This document shows, one piece after another, positions 1-9,743 of a DNA stretch of 27,778 nucleotides. Origin of the DNA: a virus (Duplodnaviria > Heunggongvirae > Uroviricota > Caudoviricetes); the IMG/VR virus record IMGVR_UViG_2802429234_000007, positions 1 to 27,778 of that record; one strand, 5' to 3'. The notes below the pieces were generated by a model. The model saw nothing but the letters and a program-made list of their open reading frames with translations. It was not told the DNA's origin and searched no databases. A program made the translations under genes and the position numbers. The first letter of the stretch is position 1, and the number at the start of each line of letters is the position of its first letter.

Positions 1-545
1 TTTTTTTTTCCCAACCGATAGATGTCTATATACCAAATTTGCCAAGATACAGAAATAAAGTCAACGTTCATGAAAGACTTTTCAATCGTAGCCATTCCAT
101 GAAAGGCTGCTAAACCACGTGGAGCTTAGGTGTCAGTCATCAGCGTTGTTGGTGGAGCCGATTTTCAAATATTATTTAATATGATAAAAATAAAATTTTT
201 GCTTTATAATCAAAATGATATAAAAAAACCTAATCATCTTACGGTTCTAAAAACTGTAATTACCTGAAATTCCTGTCAATCATTTCAGTTTCTGTTCTCC
301 GCAAAGCCGCCAGTAATGGCGCGGTCTGGCGCTCAGGTTTGTAGAAAAATAAAACTGAAAAAATTTCCAGATCCAGAAACCGCAGGCGGGTGCGGTGTAG
401 CGACGTTTTTGTCTGCGAAAGATTTATTTTGTCGGTGCATCGCTGCGCCAGCGCAGCGCCCGCACGATCTTTTATATGTGTTGCGTTGGGTTAATTTGTT
501 GTTTTAAGTGCTGAGAACGCGTTCTGCTGCGTCTGAGGATGGGTA

Positions 546-569
546 TAAAAAAGCCCGCATTATGCGGGC
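546..569 (-). terminator. Rho-independent terminator at the end of the tail operon
   Basis: Minus strand reads GCCCGC-loop-GCGGGC followed by TTTTTT, 13 nt after the stop of the spike gene at 582. Confidence 0.6.
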
Positions 570-581
570 GTGTGGTCATGG

Positions 582-2285
582 TCAGGCAATTATATTCTGG
601 TACTTGCTCCGGGTCTGCCCGGCTTTCGTCGCCGTCTGGGTGAACGCGTCGGCATTAGTTGGCGTCCCAACGGTGGGGTGCGAATGGCTCGCGCATTGCT
701 GTGCCAGTTCTGCCAGTAAATCAATGGTATCCAACATCATGGTCAGGGCGTTGATACTCTCACTGCCAATATGGACAGTTGCCCCCATGACCTGCTGACC
801 GCCAGCGGCCACTGATTTACGCAGTGCGGCAATTTTCTCTGTCAGGCTTTCGCCAACCTCCACGGCTACAGCACCGCCCACTTTAGTGGACTGCTGTCCT
901 GCTATGTCCGTTTCTTCGTTTCCTTCAATACTGGCCAGCCTGTTACCTTTCACCGCCTGGCTATAATCACCGGCACTTACCTGCTGGATGGCTCCGGCCA
1001 GCAATGTGGTGGTTCCCAGTACCGTGGTTTTATCCGTGGCTTTCACCGTGGTTTCACGGCTGACCAGTTCGCGCTGTTCCGTATCGGCTTTTACGGTTCG
1101 CGCCATCGATGTTTCACTGATGGTCTGATCGGTCTGTCTTACCCAGTCTCCTGCCTGAGTCACCCGCTGGGAAACTTCTTCCCGCTGCTGCTGCAATTGC
1201 TCACCGGGTTTAACGTCCGGCAGGCTGGTACCATCCGGCAGCGTCTGCCTGATAAAGGGTTTATCCGGTCTGCCTCCCGTGAATGCAACCTCAACCAGCG
1301 TCCCTTCTGGCGGAAACTGAAACATACCTGAATCATTCCCGGCCATTGGCACCGGCAGCGGCACCGCTGAGTAAACAGGCGTCTGATTGTCCGGGTTTCC
1401 GTCTGCGTCAAGCAGCTGAACGTCCACGGCGTAACGTGGCCGGAAGGGATCGGCAAAATTACCGCTTTTTACCGGCTCTGAATGCGCCACGACTCTGGCC
1501 ATCTTTGGCAAATGAAGCCCGGATGCCAGTTCCGGGTAATGGCTTTCAATCTGCCGTTGTGCTGGTGTTTTCTGCAAAGGTTTACCCGTTGCGCGGTTTC
1601 TCGGCGTCCATGTGATCGCCATCGTGTCATTAGTCAGGTGAACTTTAGTCACGCGTTCACCGTTCATCTCCCCCCCTGGCCGCATAGTCTGGATCATTGG
1701 TAATGTCACAGAGTTACCACCAGCAGCCCCCTGGCTGAACTCTGAAGGGATTTCTACGGAACGACCGGCAAACAATGATTTTTCTGCGCCGCCGACGTAA
1801 AGCGAACCATCAGGCAACTGGTACCAGATGTAATCCTGGATACTGAACGCCCTGCCCAGATTGTTCAGCAACTGATAGCCGGTACCGTTATGGGTAAAAT
1901 GTGGGATAGGGGTATCGCTGTACTCTGCATCAGGCACACTGACCGTGATCCCGCTGTTTTCTTCCAGCCAGCTGGCAACCTCGCGTAAAGTTGGATGTTG
2001 AAACGAACATGGCCACATCCTTTCAAACACACCTACCAGTTCACGAATGAACAGACGCTGAAAACCGTTTTCAGCGGGCTGCGATCGCTCCACATACCCC
2101 GTAAACCAGCGCAAAAGCAGCTCGGTATACCCCACATCCAGCCGCACCAGTTTTCCGGTGTAATCGGTTGTTGTCTCTGCGGTGATGAAGCCCCGGCCGC
2201 AGCTGTTCAGCTCCAGTACCAGGCTGGCATCCACGAGGTGAACTTCATTCGTTGAAAGGTAAAGGCGTTTTACTGGTTTCATCAT
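582..2285 (-). CDS. Baseplate central spike protein (gpV/VgrG-like OB-fold) with ~270-aa N-terminal extension and C-terminal HSH apex
   Basis: Motif FPPEGTLVEVAFTGGRPDKPFIRQ matches the gpV/VgrG OB-fold signature (GxxVxVxFxxGDPDxPxI type); C-terminal ASHSHP resembles iron-binding spike apex; last gene of tail operon. Confidence 0.55.
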   Translation of the reverse strand: MMKPVKRLYLSTNEVHLVDASLVLELNSCGRGFITAETTTDYTGKLVRLDVGYTELLLRWFTGYVERSQPAENGFQRLFIRELVGVFERMWPCSFQHPTLREVASWLEENSGITVSVPDAEYSDTPIPHFTHNGTGYQLLNNLGRAFSIQDYIWYQLPDGSLYVGGAEKSLFAGRSVEIPSEFSQGAAGGNSVTLPMIQTMRPGGEMNGERVTKVHLTNDTMAITWTPRNRATGKPLQKTPAQRQIESHYPELASGLHLPKMARVVAHSEPVKSGNFADPFRPRYAVDVQLLDADGNPDNQTPVYSAVPLPVPMAGNDSGMFQFPPEGTLVEVAFTGGRPDKPFIRQTLPDGTSLPDVKPGEQLQQQREEVSQRVTQAGDWVRQTDQTISETSMARTVKADTEQRELVSRETTVKATDKTTVLGTTTLLAGAIQQVSAGDYSQAVKGNRLASIEGNEETDIAGQQSTKVGGAVAVEVGESLTEKIAALRKSVAAGGQQVMGATVHIGSESINALTMMLDTIDLLAELAQQCASHSHPTVGTPTNADAFTQTATKAGQTRSKYQNIIA

Positions 2286-2830
2286 TAACCCAAAGCATCA
2301 TTGACGGGCTTCAGCACCTTGCGTTCAAACCACGTCAGTTTTTCTTCATCCTCTCCGGCAGACTGGCCACCGGACTGTCCCGCACTACCGGCAGTCTGTT
2401 TTTTTGCGGTCGTCTTACCTGTTGCCCTGGCCTCTCGCTTTTCCTGCACGCTGATATGTTCCGCCAGTGTGAATGTCACCAGCCAGGACATTTTCCCGTC
2501 CTGCTGGGGCGCATCCAGCATTCCGCTGAACGTTGCTTCACGAAAATTAACTGCACGGGCAACTTCATGCGCCACGCGGTACTTCTGACGATTACCACTG
2601 GCATCGGTAGCACTGGCCAGCTCAAAAATACGCTTCAGTATTTCAGGCTGTTTAAAAGGTATTTCACCGCTAATCCGCAGTTCCTTTCCCTTTGCTCCCT
2701 GCTCTGATTTTGTTGTGGCGCTGGTCTGGCCGGACTGATCTTTATCCTGAAACTGCTGTGAAACGGTCACCCGCATGTTTTTCAGCTGGATGGCCTCGCC
2801 ATTAAGCGCCAGTGTCGGGATCGAAGTCAT
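2285..2830 (-). CDS. Hypothetical protein (181 aa), tail-module position, function unknown
   Basis: ORF with AAGGGA RBS 7 nt before ATG; stop overlaps spike start; no family recognised by eye. Confidence 0.4.
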   Translation of the reverse strand: MTSIPTLALNGEAIQLKNMRVTVSQQFQDKDQSGQTSATTKSEQGAKGKELRISGEIPFKQPEILKRIFELASATDASGNRQKYRVAHEVARAVNFREATFSGMLDAPQQDGKMSWLVTFTLAEHISVQEKREARATGKTTAKKQTAGSAGQSGGQSAGEDEEKLTWFERKVLKPVNDALG

Positions 2831-3527
2831 GAATCATTCCCTTTATTCCATCAAGATTATCGCCAACCAGCATCATGGCAGCGGTGTAAACGGCAGACTG
2901 CTGCGGAATGTCCCTCACCAGTTCCAGTAACGTGGTGCCGGTGTCTCCGCTGGCAGTAAAAACCCACGCCCTGGCACTTTTCCCCTGTAAATCATTCAGG
3001 CCGCTGGCCACATCACTGATAAGCTGGTCACGCAGCTGCGTGAACTCGCCCAGCTGTTTTTTCAGCCCTTCGATATCAAACCCGGCACCCGCCGCTTTTT
3101 GTGCCTTGCTGATTGCCGCAGCAGATAACGCAGCCCTGGTGGTTGGTACAGACAGTGGAATGGACGCAGGTAACGCTGCGGCGGCTTTCGCAGGGATCTG
3201 CATCTTTTCAATAGCCAGCGCAGCGGCGGATTGCGCCAGCCGTTTGACCTGCGTGAATGCCGGGGCGGGGAAAATTTCGACCAGGTTATTCAGGCTGGCC
3301 ATAAAGTTTTCCTGCGTCTGTCCGGTGACCATCATAATCACCACGTCCGCATTTCCCCCTATTCCGGCCAGGCGTTCAGCAAGATAGCGAACAGCATTAA
3401 CCGGGCTGAGATATGCCCCGTTCGCTGTCTGCTGTCCCAGCCCATAAATCCACGGATGCGCAGGGGCGATCGAACAGTTCAGCGCAGCAACAGAATCTGT
3501 GAAGGCCAGACGTGCTTCACGCCACAT
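2802..3527 (-). CDS. Hypothetical Ala-rich protein (~241 aa), tail-module position, function unknown
   Basis: ORF; probable start at MWREARLAF preceded by GGAGGTG RBS; overlaps Tfa stop; no family recognised by eye. Confidence 0.4.
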   Translation of the reverse strand: MWREARLAFTDSVAALNCSIAPAHPWIYGLGQQTANGAYLSPVNAVRYLAERLAGIGGNADVVIMMVTGQTQENFMASLNNLVEIFPAPAFTQVKRLAQSAAALAIEKMQIPAKAAAALPASIPLSVPTTRAALSAAAISKAQKAAGAGFDIEGLKKQLGEFTQLRDQLISDVASGLNDLQGKSARAWVFTASGDTGTTLLELVRDIPQQSAVYTAAMMLVGDNLDGIKGMIHDFDPDTGA

Positions 3528-4104
3528 TTCCAGGCACCTCCGGCCACACAATTTCCGGAGCATCTTCCGGTTGAATACGGTTCAATAAAACCCGGAATTT
3601 TTTCCATGCAGTAAGTAGAAGTACTTCTTCTTCAGTCGCAATGTCTAAATCAACGGCATCCTGCAACGTGGCAATGGCGTCATTGGCCTGTTTAAGCAGG
3701 CTTTTCTTTTCGGCGTCTGCCTCGCTGACTAATGCAATTCGCATGGCCTCCGCATCATCCACCCACGCCTTACCATTCCATTTTTGCCAGGCATTAGCTG
3801 GTGCTAACGTGGTTGTCCTTTCCGGATAAGCGCCTGGCTCGGTGATCACCAGTTCATTACCGTTTTCTGTATCAAACACAACCTCACCACGGTGATCCTC
3901 ACGGGAAATCCATCTTTGCTTCTCTGAATCAAAAATCGCCACAAACCCCGCTTTGATTGCCGGTGGCTTTATCGTGGTGCAGTTAGCTGGCAGTCCGGTA
4001 TGCGCAGGAATAAAAGCATCACCCGAACCAATAAATTCATTCGTATCGGAACGCAGGTTATAAACAGTAACTGTTTGATCGGTTTCACTCATTTTAAAAG
4101 TCAT
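3517..4104 (-). CDS. Tail fiber assembly protein (Tfa / P2 gpG-like chaperone)
   Basis: 195 aa immediately downstream of the fiber gene with ATGA-type overlap; C-terminal EEEVLLLTAWKKFRVLLNRI typical of Tfa family. Confidence 0.7.
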   Translation of the reverse strand: MTFKMSETDQTVTVYNLRSDTNEFIGSGDAFIPAHTGLPANCTTIKPPAIKAGFVAIFDSEKQRWISREDHRGEVVFDTENGNELVITEPGAYPERTTTLAPANAWQKWNGKAWVDDAEAMRIALVSEADAEKKSLLKQANDAIATLQDAVDLDIATEEEVLLLTAWKKFRVLLNRIQPEDAPEIVWPEVPGNVA

Positions 4105-5678
4105 TATGCGAGTCTCACTATGTAGTTAAATGCAATATTCTTAACTGTCGTTTCTGCGTTGCCCGACGCGGCGACGGTAATGGTGTGACTGTGTGCGCCT
4201 ATTGCTACGGTATGAAAGTGAGCTCCAATTCCTACAGAATGGCTATGTGCGCCAATCCCTACAATATGAGCATGGTTGCCAGCCAAATCCGTATTACCAG
4301 TTGTTACGTTATCGCCGCCCTGACCTCTATTGATATCTCCGTTTTGAGTGGCCTGCCCCTTAACATATGTATGAGTATGTGCACCAGTTGTATCGGTTGT
4401 TTTGGTTCCGTAATCAAATGTGCTCACAGCTCTAGTGCCGTAGTCAAAGGATGATGTTGACTTCGTCCCCAGATCGGTACTGAATGCACTAGCGGTGTGG
4501 GCATGGGATTTATTGCCATCATCTTCATAGGACAAAACTGCACGGCCATCAGGTTTTCCTTTGATCGTCTGGCGGCGCATATCAGGAAGAACACCCGATG
4601 GGTATGCAATAGCCAGTCGCTGGTAAGCCACTGGATCAAACACCTGCCCCTGCATGATTGCGTGACCCGCTGGTGGAATATCAGTCGGCCAAGGAAGTGG
4701 TACTCCAACCGGCACAACATCGCTAATGCTTAAGACCGCCAGCTCACCCAGCCCAAGATTTTTTCTGGCTTCCGCCTTGTCATTGATATCGGTAAGGTTT
4801 GCATCCTTACGCAAAAAATCGCTGCTGGCCTGTTGATCGCTCAGACTGCCTTTTGGCCTTAAATCCGTGATGTTGCCATCCACATCAATGCTGGCCACCG
4901 CAAATACAAAATGCTGAATACCGTTCTGAACATAATCAGTCAGATTTTCTACAACCGTGACTTTACTCTGTACACTCCAGACACAGCTCAGAATCCCTGT
5001 CCAGCACACATCCAGCCAGACTTTTACCGACTTTGTCGTCACTGTAATATCCTGATTCGCATCCAGTGACACACGCAGTCCAGCCACATACCCCGTGCCT
5101 TTCGTGACATAAAACTGATTGCCGGTTTTGGCTACCAGATACCCGTTACCAAAAAACGCCGCCGCGCCATAAATATCTGTATTTTCCAGACGCTGGCGCT
5201 CATCCATTCCGGCCAAACGTGCAGTAAAATCAATCTGCCAGGTTTCAGCGGGCGTATTAATCCCAGTTTCTGTTTGTGCACCGTTGTACTCCATCAGAAA
5301 TGAGCGGGTCAGCACGTTCCCCTGTTGCCCTTCTCTTGTTTTCAGTTTCTGCTGTGATGGTGCATGGACAATCATTGCCAGCGTACCGCTGGCCTTATTG
5401 AGCAAACCAATCCAGTTAAAACTGAAATCCCCCACATCTGCGCCCAGCACTACGGAATAGACCACCCTGTTTTCATCCACCACACCGGTACGGGTAACAG
5501 CTTGCCGGTGAACAATCTGTGCTGTCGGGGGCAACCCTTCATTGCGGTCAACAGGTGTATCCGGGTTTAAATCCGGCACACTGGCAAAAACAAATTCGTC
5601 CAGTAGTACCGGTTCACCCGTTGCACCCTGCTGTGCTTTCCAGTTTTCAAACGCCTGTGTGATGGCTGTCTGTGACAT
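4104..5678 (-). CDS. Tail fiber protein with C-terminal HxH repeat tip
   Basis: 524 aa after baseplate I-like gene; C-terminus [36 protein letters not shown] (tandem GIGAHxH units). Confidence 0.75.
   Translation of the reverse strand: MSQTAITQAFENWKAQQGATGEPVLLDEFVFASVPDLNPDTPVDRNEGLPPTAQIVHRQAVTRTGVVDENRVVYSVVLGADVGDFSFNWIGLLNKASGTLAMIVHAPSQQKLKTREGQQGNVLTRSFLMEYNGAQTETGINTPAETWQIDFTARLAGMDERQRLENTDIYGAAAFFGNGYLVAKTGNQFYVTKGTGYVAGLRVSLDANQDITVTTKSVKVWLDVCWTGILSCVWSVQSKVTVVENLTDYVQNGIQHFVFAVASIDVDGNITDLRPKGSLSDQQASSDFLRKDANLTDINDKAEARKNLGLGELAVLSISDVVPVGVPLPWPTDIPPAGHAIMQGQVFDPVAYQRLAIAYPSGVLPDMRRQTIKGKPDGRAVLSYEDDGNKSHAHTASAFSTDLGTKSTSSFDYGTRAVSTFDYGTKTTDTTGAHTHTYVKGQATQNGDINRGQGGDNVTTGNTDLAGNHAHIVGIGAHSHSVGIGAHFHTVAIGAHSHTITVAASGNAETTVKNIAFNYIVRLA
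4173..4280 (-). repeat. Short tandem coding repeats encoding GIGAH-x-H units in the fiber tip
   Basis: Four near-identical ~8-10 codon units visible in protein and DNA. Confidence 0.6.
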
Positions 5679-5688
5679 AAAAACCTCC

Positions 5689-6282
5689 TTACAAACTCGC
5701 GCTGAATGCTGCGCTGCGGGCTTCCGTCCCTGCTAACGTCGCCGGGTAAACCACATATTCCCCCTGATCCCACCCAGCCCTGATAACCAGGCTTTCAGAC
5801 GTGATCACCTCAAACTGATAACGGCGGCATGTTCGCCCGTACTGGCGGATTATCTGGATCAGCAACTGCGTGTTGTCTGCAATCTGGCTGTCTGTAACCC
5901 GAACCAGAATCACATCCCAGTCGATACCCGGTTGCCGTTCTAACAGCTCCACATAACCAATCCCCAGCCGTTCAAAGATATTGATAAACCCCTCTACTGA
6001 ACCGGCATCCCGCGCATTCACAAAGGCAAAAGCCACGCGTTTGCGGAACAAGGTCAACGGTTCACCATCAAAGCGGGTGATATCCCGGTCATAAGCCAGC
6101 AGGTTCAGTAATGCCGGTGTACACGTCAGCGGATCAAACTGACTCATTGGCCAGGTAACCCAGCCGTAAACCTCAGCCCAGAACCGCCGCGCCGTTTTCA
6201 GCAATTTCCCCGGTTCGCCTTTATTCATCCAGGACGGCAGGAACATCCCGGCCAGCTTTTTCATGAACTCATTCATTCTCAA
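5689..6282 (-). CDS. Baseplate/tail protein I (P2 gpI-like)
   Basis: 197 aa; resemblance to P2 gpI region ([20 protein letters not shown] vs recalled gpI motif); position between J-like and fiber genes. Confidence 0.6.
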   Translation of the reverse strand: MRMNEFMKKLAGMFLPSWMNKGEPGKLLKTARRFWAEVYGWVTWPMSQFDPLTCTPALLNLLAYDRDITRFDGEPLTLFRKRVAFAFVNARDAGSVEGFINIFERLGIGYVELLERQPGIDWDVILVRVTDSQIADNTQLLIQIIRQYGRTCRRYQFEVITSESLVIRAGWDQGEYVVYPATLAGTEARSAAFSASL

Positions 6283-7453
6283 TATTCACCGTCAGTGATT
6301 TCAGACGCGGCACGCTCAGTTCACTGGTAATGTCTCCCAACGAAAATGTCAGTGATTCCGTCTGTGCAAAGGTTTTATGAATTTCCCGCCCCAGTTGCGA
6401 AAAGGAAAACCGCGAATATGGCCACGTCTTTCTGACGTCATAATCAGCATTTTCACGAAAGGCACAGCGGATCATGTTTTCAATGCCGCCCTTCAGAGTT
6501 TTCACTTCTTCGTCACTGAAGTTGTTCAGATTTTTGACATAAACCGTGACGGCCAGATCGTGAAGCGTTTCCGGCATGGGGTAACACTGCATATCATCAC
6601 CATGCCCGTGGTGCCCCAGCGTGTTGATATAGTCATTCACCGCATCCACGAACGGCGCTGATGCCACCCCACTGTCCAGTAATAAAAAGGCGTTGGCTGT
6701 TCCTGGCCCCCTCGGTGCTTCATGCTCAAAGAAAATCCGATCGATACTCAACCCGGCAACACTGGCGATCATTGAGCGATAAACCGCATCGGTGTGGTAA
6801 TTCCCCACCAGATTGAACTGATTGCGGCAACGCTCGCGCAGTTCATCATCACTTTCCTCATCAGCCCCCGGCACGGTCAACCAGTTTTCCTCACTGGCCA
6901 CGTGGCTGATACCACTGACCGCCACCGGCAGAATGCGGTAATATCCGGGCGCAAGGTTATATGCGCCCCCGGTGCCAGTGGCTTTCACCGGTAGCAATGC
7001 GCTGGCCGCACCGGAAGCGATCACCACATCCTCAGTGGTAGCCAGCTCATACACTCGCCCGTTAATGCGTTCTGTCTGGATAATCGTCCCGGCTTTGACC
7101 GTCACAACGGCCTTTGCATCTTCTTTGAAGAACCGAATCCCCCCCTGTGCAGCGCTCGCCGGTTTTGCCGTGACGTTCACCGCCCAGGCCAGCAAACGCA
7201 ACATGCTCCCGCTGGCTGTGGCCACAAACATATTGGCCAGCACGGTTAACACCAGAACGTCTTTAAGCCACATCACCGGGGCGGTCACAATAGCGGTGAT
7301 TAATCGCCAGAACGGTGACATTCGGGATGTATTGGTGATAATTCCCTCATCTGCTGCAATTGCATTGAAGCGTTCCCGCACTTCGGCTTCCGTTACCGGC
7401 ATACCGCTGTCTTTCACCACTTCTTCAAAATCAACCTGCGGTTTTTCCGTCAT
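6269..7453 (-). CDS. Baseplate J-like protein (P2 gpJ / Mu gp47-like)
   Basis: ~394 aa if started at MTEKPQ (ATGA overlap with upstream gene stop at 7450); size and position fit baseplate J. Confidence 0.6.
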   Translation of the reverse strand: MTEKPQVDFEEVVKDSGMPVTEAEVRERFNAIAADEGIITNTSRMSPFWRLITAIVTAPVMWLKDVLVLTVLANMFVATASGSMLRLLAWAVNVTAKPASAAQGGIRFFKEDAKAVVTVKAGTIIQTERINGRVYELATTEDVVIASGAASALLPVKATGTGGAYNLAPGYYRILPVAVSGISHVASEENWLTVPGADEESDDELRERCRNQFNLVGNYHTDAVYRSMIASVAGLSIDRIFFEHEAPRGPGTANAFLLLDSGVASAPFVDAVNDYINTLGHHGHGDDMQCYPMPETLHDLAVTVYVKNLNNFSDEEVKTLKGGIENMIRCAFRENADYDVRKTWPYSRFSFSQLGREIHKTFAQTESLTFSLGDITSELSVPRLKSLTVNIENE

Positions 7454-7779
7454 AAATCCACCTGCGCAGAGATCCCGCCAAAATCGTATGTACTCGCGGT
7501 TACCCACAGCCGCTTCTGACTTTCTTCACTGATTTCCACCGTACCCGGCACAATGCGTTCATCATCTTCAATCAGTAATTCCATGCGGGTAAAAATATCC
7601 GCTCTCATTGTCGGGCTACGTTCGGCGATTAATTCCGTCGCTAACCCGCTTTCAATAATGGAATGAATAATGTCCTGCCCGATACTTTTTCGGTTATTAC
7701 ATAATTCAGGTTCATTACCGGTATTCAGAACAAAGTCACCGCCCTGAATCAGTAAGTCGATATAGAGAACATTACTCAT
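7450..7779 (-). CDS. Small baseplate protein (gpW/gp25-like position), ~109 aa
   Basis: Start MSNVLYIDLL overlaps TMP stop (ATGA); size and position match P2 gpW / Mu gp46; sequence not confidently matched. Confidence 0.4.
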   Translation of the reverse strand: MSNVLYIDLLIQGGDFVLNTGNEPELCNNRKSIGQDIIHSIIESGLATELIAERSPTMRADIFTRMELLIEDDERIVPGTVEISEESQKRLWVTASTYDFGGISAQVDL

Positions 7780-9743
7780 GCGCCAAGCTCCTGCCATTCC
7801 ATAAGCTGGGATGGAGAAAGTGCTTCTTTGGTATGGAAATGCACTTCACCAATTTTCCGGCTGTTATCGGTTACAGATTTACTGTTGCTGCTGATTGTTT
7901 TGCTGATACCACCTTTATCCACACCTTTTAAATCACCACCCGTCGACAGTGTATTTCCGGTTAATGGCTGCGTGGTTTCACTGGCCAGTGAAATATCCAC
8001 GCCGGGAATTTTATTCAGTTTCTGAACAATCCAGTTCCACGATTTAAGAAATCCCCCTTTGATTGACTTCCAGACATTATCAAACAGCGACATAATGTCG
8101 GTGGCCATTCCCTTTAATGCCTCAGACGGTGAAAATCCTGTCAGCAAAGAAATAAAGCTGTTCCATCCTTCACTGATATATTGCCAGGCTGAAGCAAAGA
8201 TCCCCGCCAGCCATTTCACCACGGCGGCACATGTCTGGAAGGCTTCGGTATTCATCACCGCTGCTTTTATCGTGTCCCAGTGCTTAACCAGCAGATAACA
8301 ACCGACAACCAGCAGCGCAATGGCACCAATCACAAGCAGGATCGGCCAGCTCATCAGGTTGATACCAATTCCGGCCATTATTGCGGCCATGCGTACCGCC
8401 AGTAACGCACCGCGCAAAAACTTCAGCGTGGTATTCCAGGCGATTACCGCCATTTGCGACAGCCAGACAGTGGCCGTGTAGATTTTCGTAACCGCCGTTA
8501 ACGCCCCCCAGATCCCGCGCAGTCCCATCATGATGAATCTGGATACTCCCATCACGATATTGGCCACCGCACCCACGGCGGCAAAGCTCAGTAGTGCCAT
8601 CGACGCATAACCAATCACACGGGCAATGTTAGGAAATAACTGCATCCAGCGGGCAAAGGTCTGCCCCATATCAGCCAGGCGATTCAGAACCGGATACAGC
8701 ACCGGGATCAGCGTCAGCCCGATCACGGTCTGAATGGCTTTCAGGATTTGCACAAAGCGATCCCACGGCTTAACCATTTTTTGAGCCATTTCCTGGGTAC
8801 GCTTCAGACCGTCCGCGCCGCCCAGTTCGGTGATGTTCCGCTGAAGTAACGCGACATTGCCGTAAAGCTGTTTAACCACTGCAGAACTGTCACCAAAGGC
8901 TGCATCCAGTTCCGCCTGGGCTTTCAGGTTCCCTTCAAGGCTTTTGCCATATTTGCCCTGCAACTTGATCAGCATTTCAGGCATGGACAGCATTTTGCCG
9001 GTGGAGTCAGTAAAGGACAGCCCCAGCTTTTTAGCGCCATCAATCGCACCAGTCATAAATCCTTCATAGGCGCTGCTGGCTTCCGTTCCCAGTGTCCGCT
9101 GAAGTTGCCCCAGAACGGCCAGCTGTTCATCCAGTCCCACGCCGTAGTTAGTCCCTACGCCGCGCGCACCTTCCATCAAATCCTTGATAGTGGCCATTTC
9201 TGTGCCAAATGTTTTGCGCATATAAAGCATCTTGCCCGCCAGCTGTTCGGCAAATTCAACCTTGCCCAGTCTGGCGGCATCGGCGGAAAAGTTACCAAAC
9301 ATCTGCCCCATAAATTCCGCCGTGTCCGCCGCTGTGGACTTGAGCGCAAAAGCCAGGGTATTGGCGACTTTCGTCACCTTCGGCAGTTCATTACCCGTCA
9401 GTCCGGCAATGGAAGCGTTAATATTTTCCGTGGATTTAACGAACTCCACCGCGCTGGCACCGTAGGTTGTACTGAAGCGCAGGGCATCACGCTGAACGGT
9501 CTTAAGCGCGGAATCATCGATACCTTTTGCGGCGACATCATTCAGCGCGTCATACATTTCAATTGCCGGTGATAACGCGCCCCTGATCGCCATCCCGACA
9601 CCGGCCAGCGCCATCGCGCCGCCGCCAATCTGCATAAAGGCCGCTTTTGATTTTTCCGCAAAGCCGGTGACATTACCCTGCGCCTGTTTTAACGGGCGGG
9701 ATAATTTATCAATCAGGCTTAATGTAAAATCTAATTGTTTCAT
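7776..9743 (-). CDS. Tail tape measure protein
   Basis: 655 aa, Ala/Gly-rich with long hydrophobic central segment; directly after chaperone and frameshift region. Confidence 0.85.
   Translation of the reverse strand: MKQLDFTLSLIDKLSRPLKQAQGNVTGFAEKSKAAFMQIGGGAMALAGVGMAIRGALSPAIEMYDALNDVAAKGIDDSALKTVQRDALRFSTTYGASAVEFVKSTENINASIAGLTGNELPKVTKVANTLAFALKSTAADTAEFMGQMFGNFSADAARLGKVEFAEQLAGKMLYMRKTFGTEMATIKDLMEGARGVGTNYGVGLDEQLAVLGQLQRTLGTEASSAYEGFMTGAIDGAKKLGLSFTDSTGKMLSMPEMLIKLQGKYGKSLEGNLKAQAELDAAFGDSSAVVKQLYGNVALLQRNITELGGADGLKRTQEMAQKMVKPWDRFVQILKAIQTVIGLTLIPVLYPVLNRLADMGQTFARWMQLFPNIARVIGYASMALLSFAAVGAVANIVMGVSRFIMMGLRGIWGALTAVTKIYTATVWLSQMAVIAWNTTLKFLRGALLAVRMAAIMAGIGINLMSWPILLVIGAIALLVVGCYLLVKHWDTIKAAVMNTEAFQTCAAVVKWLAGIFASAWQYISEGWNSFISLLTGFSPSEALKGMATDIMSLFDNVWKSIKGGFLKSWNWIVQKLNKIPGVDISLASETTQPLTGNTLSTGGDLKGVDKGGISKTISSNSKSVTDNSRKIGEVHFHTKEALSPSQLMEWQELGA

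Noticed and set aside
316-798. Plus-strand ORFs 316..507 and 508..798
   Set aside because: No RBS or recognisable protein features; the second is antisense to the spike gene and terminator; likely spurious
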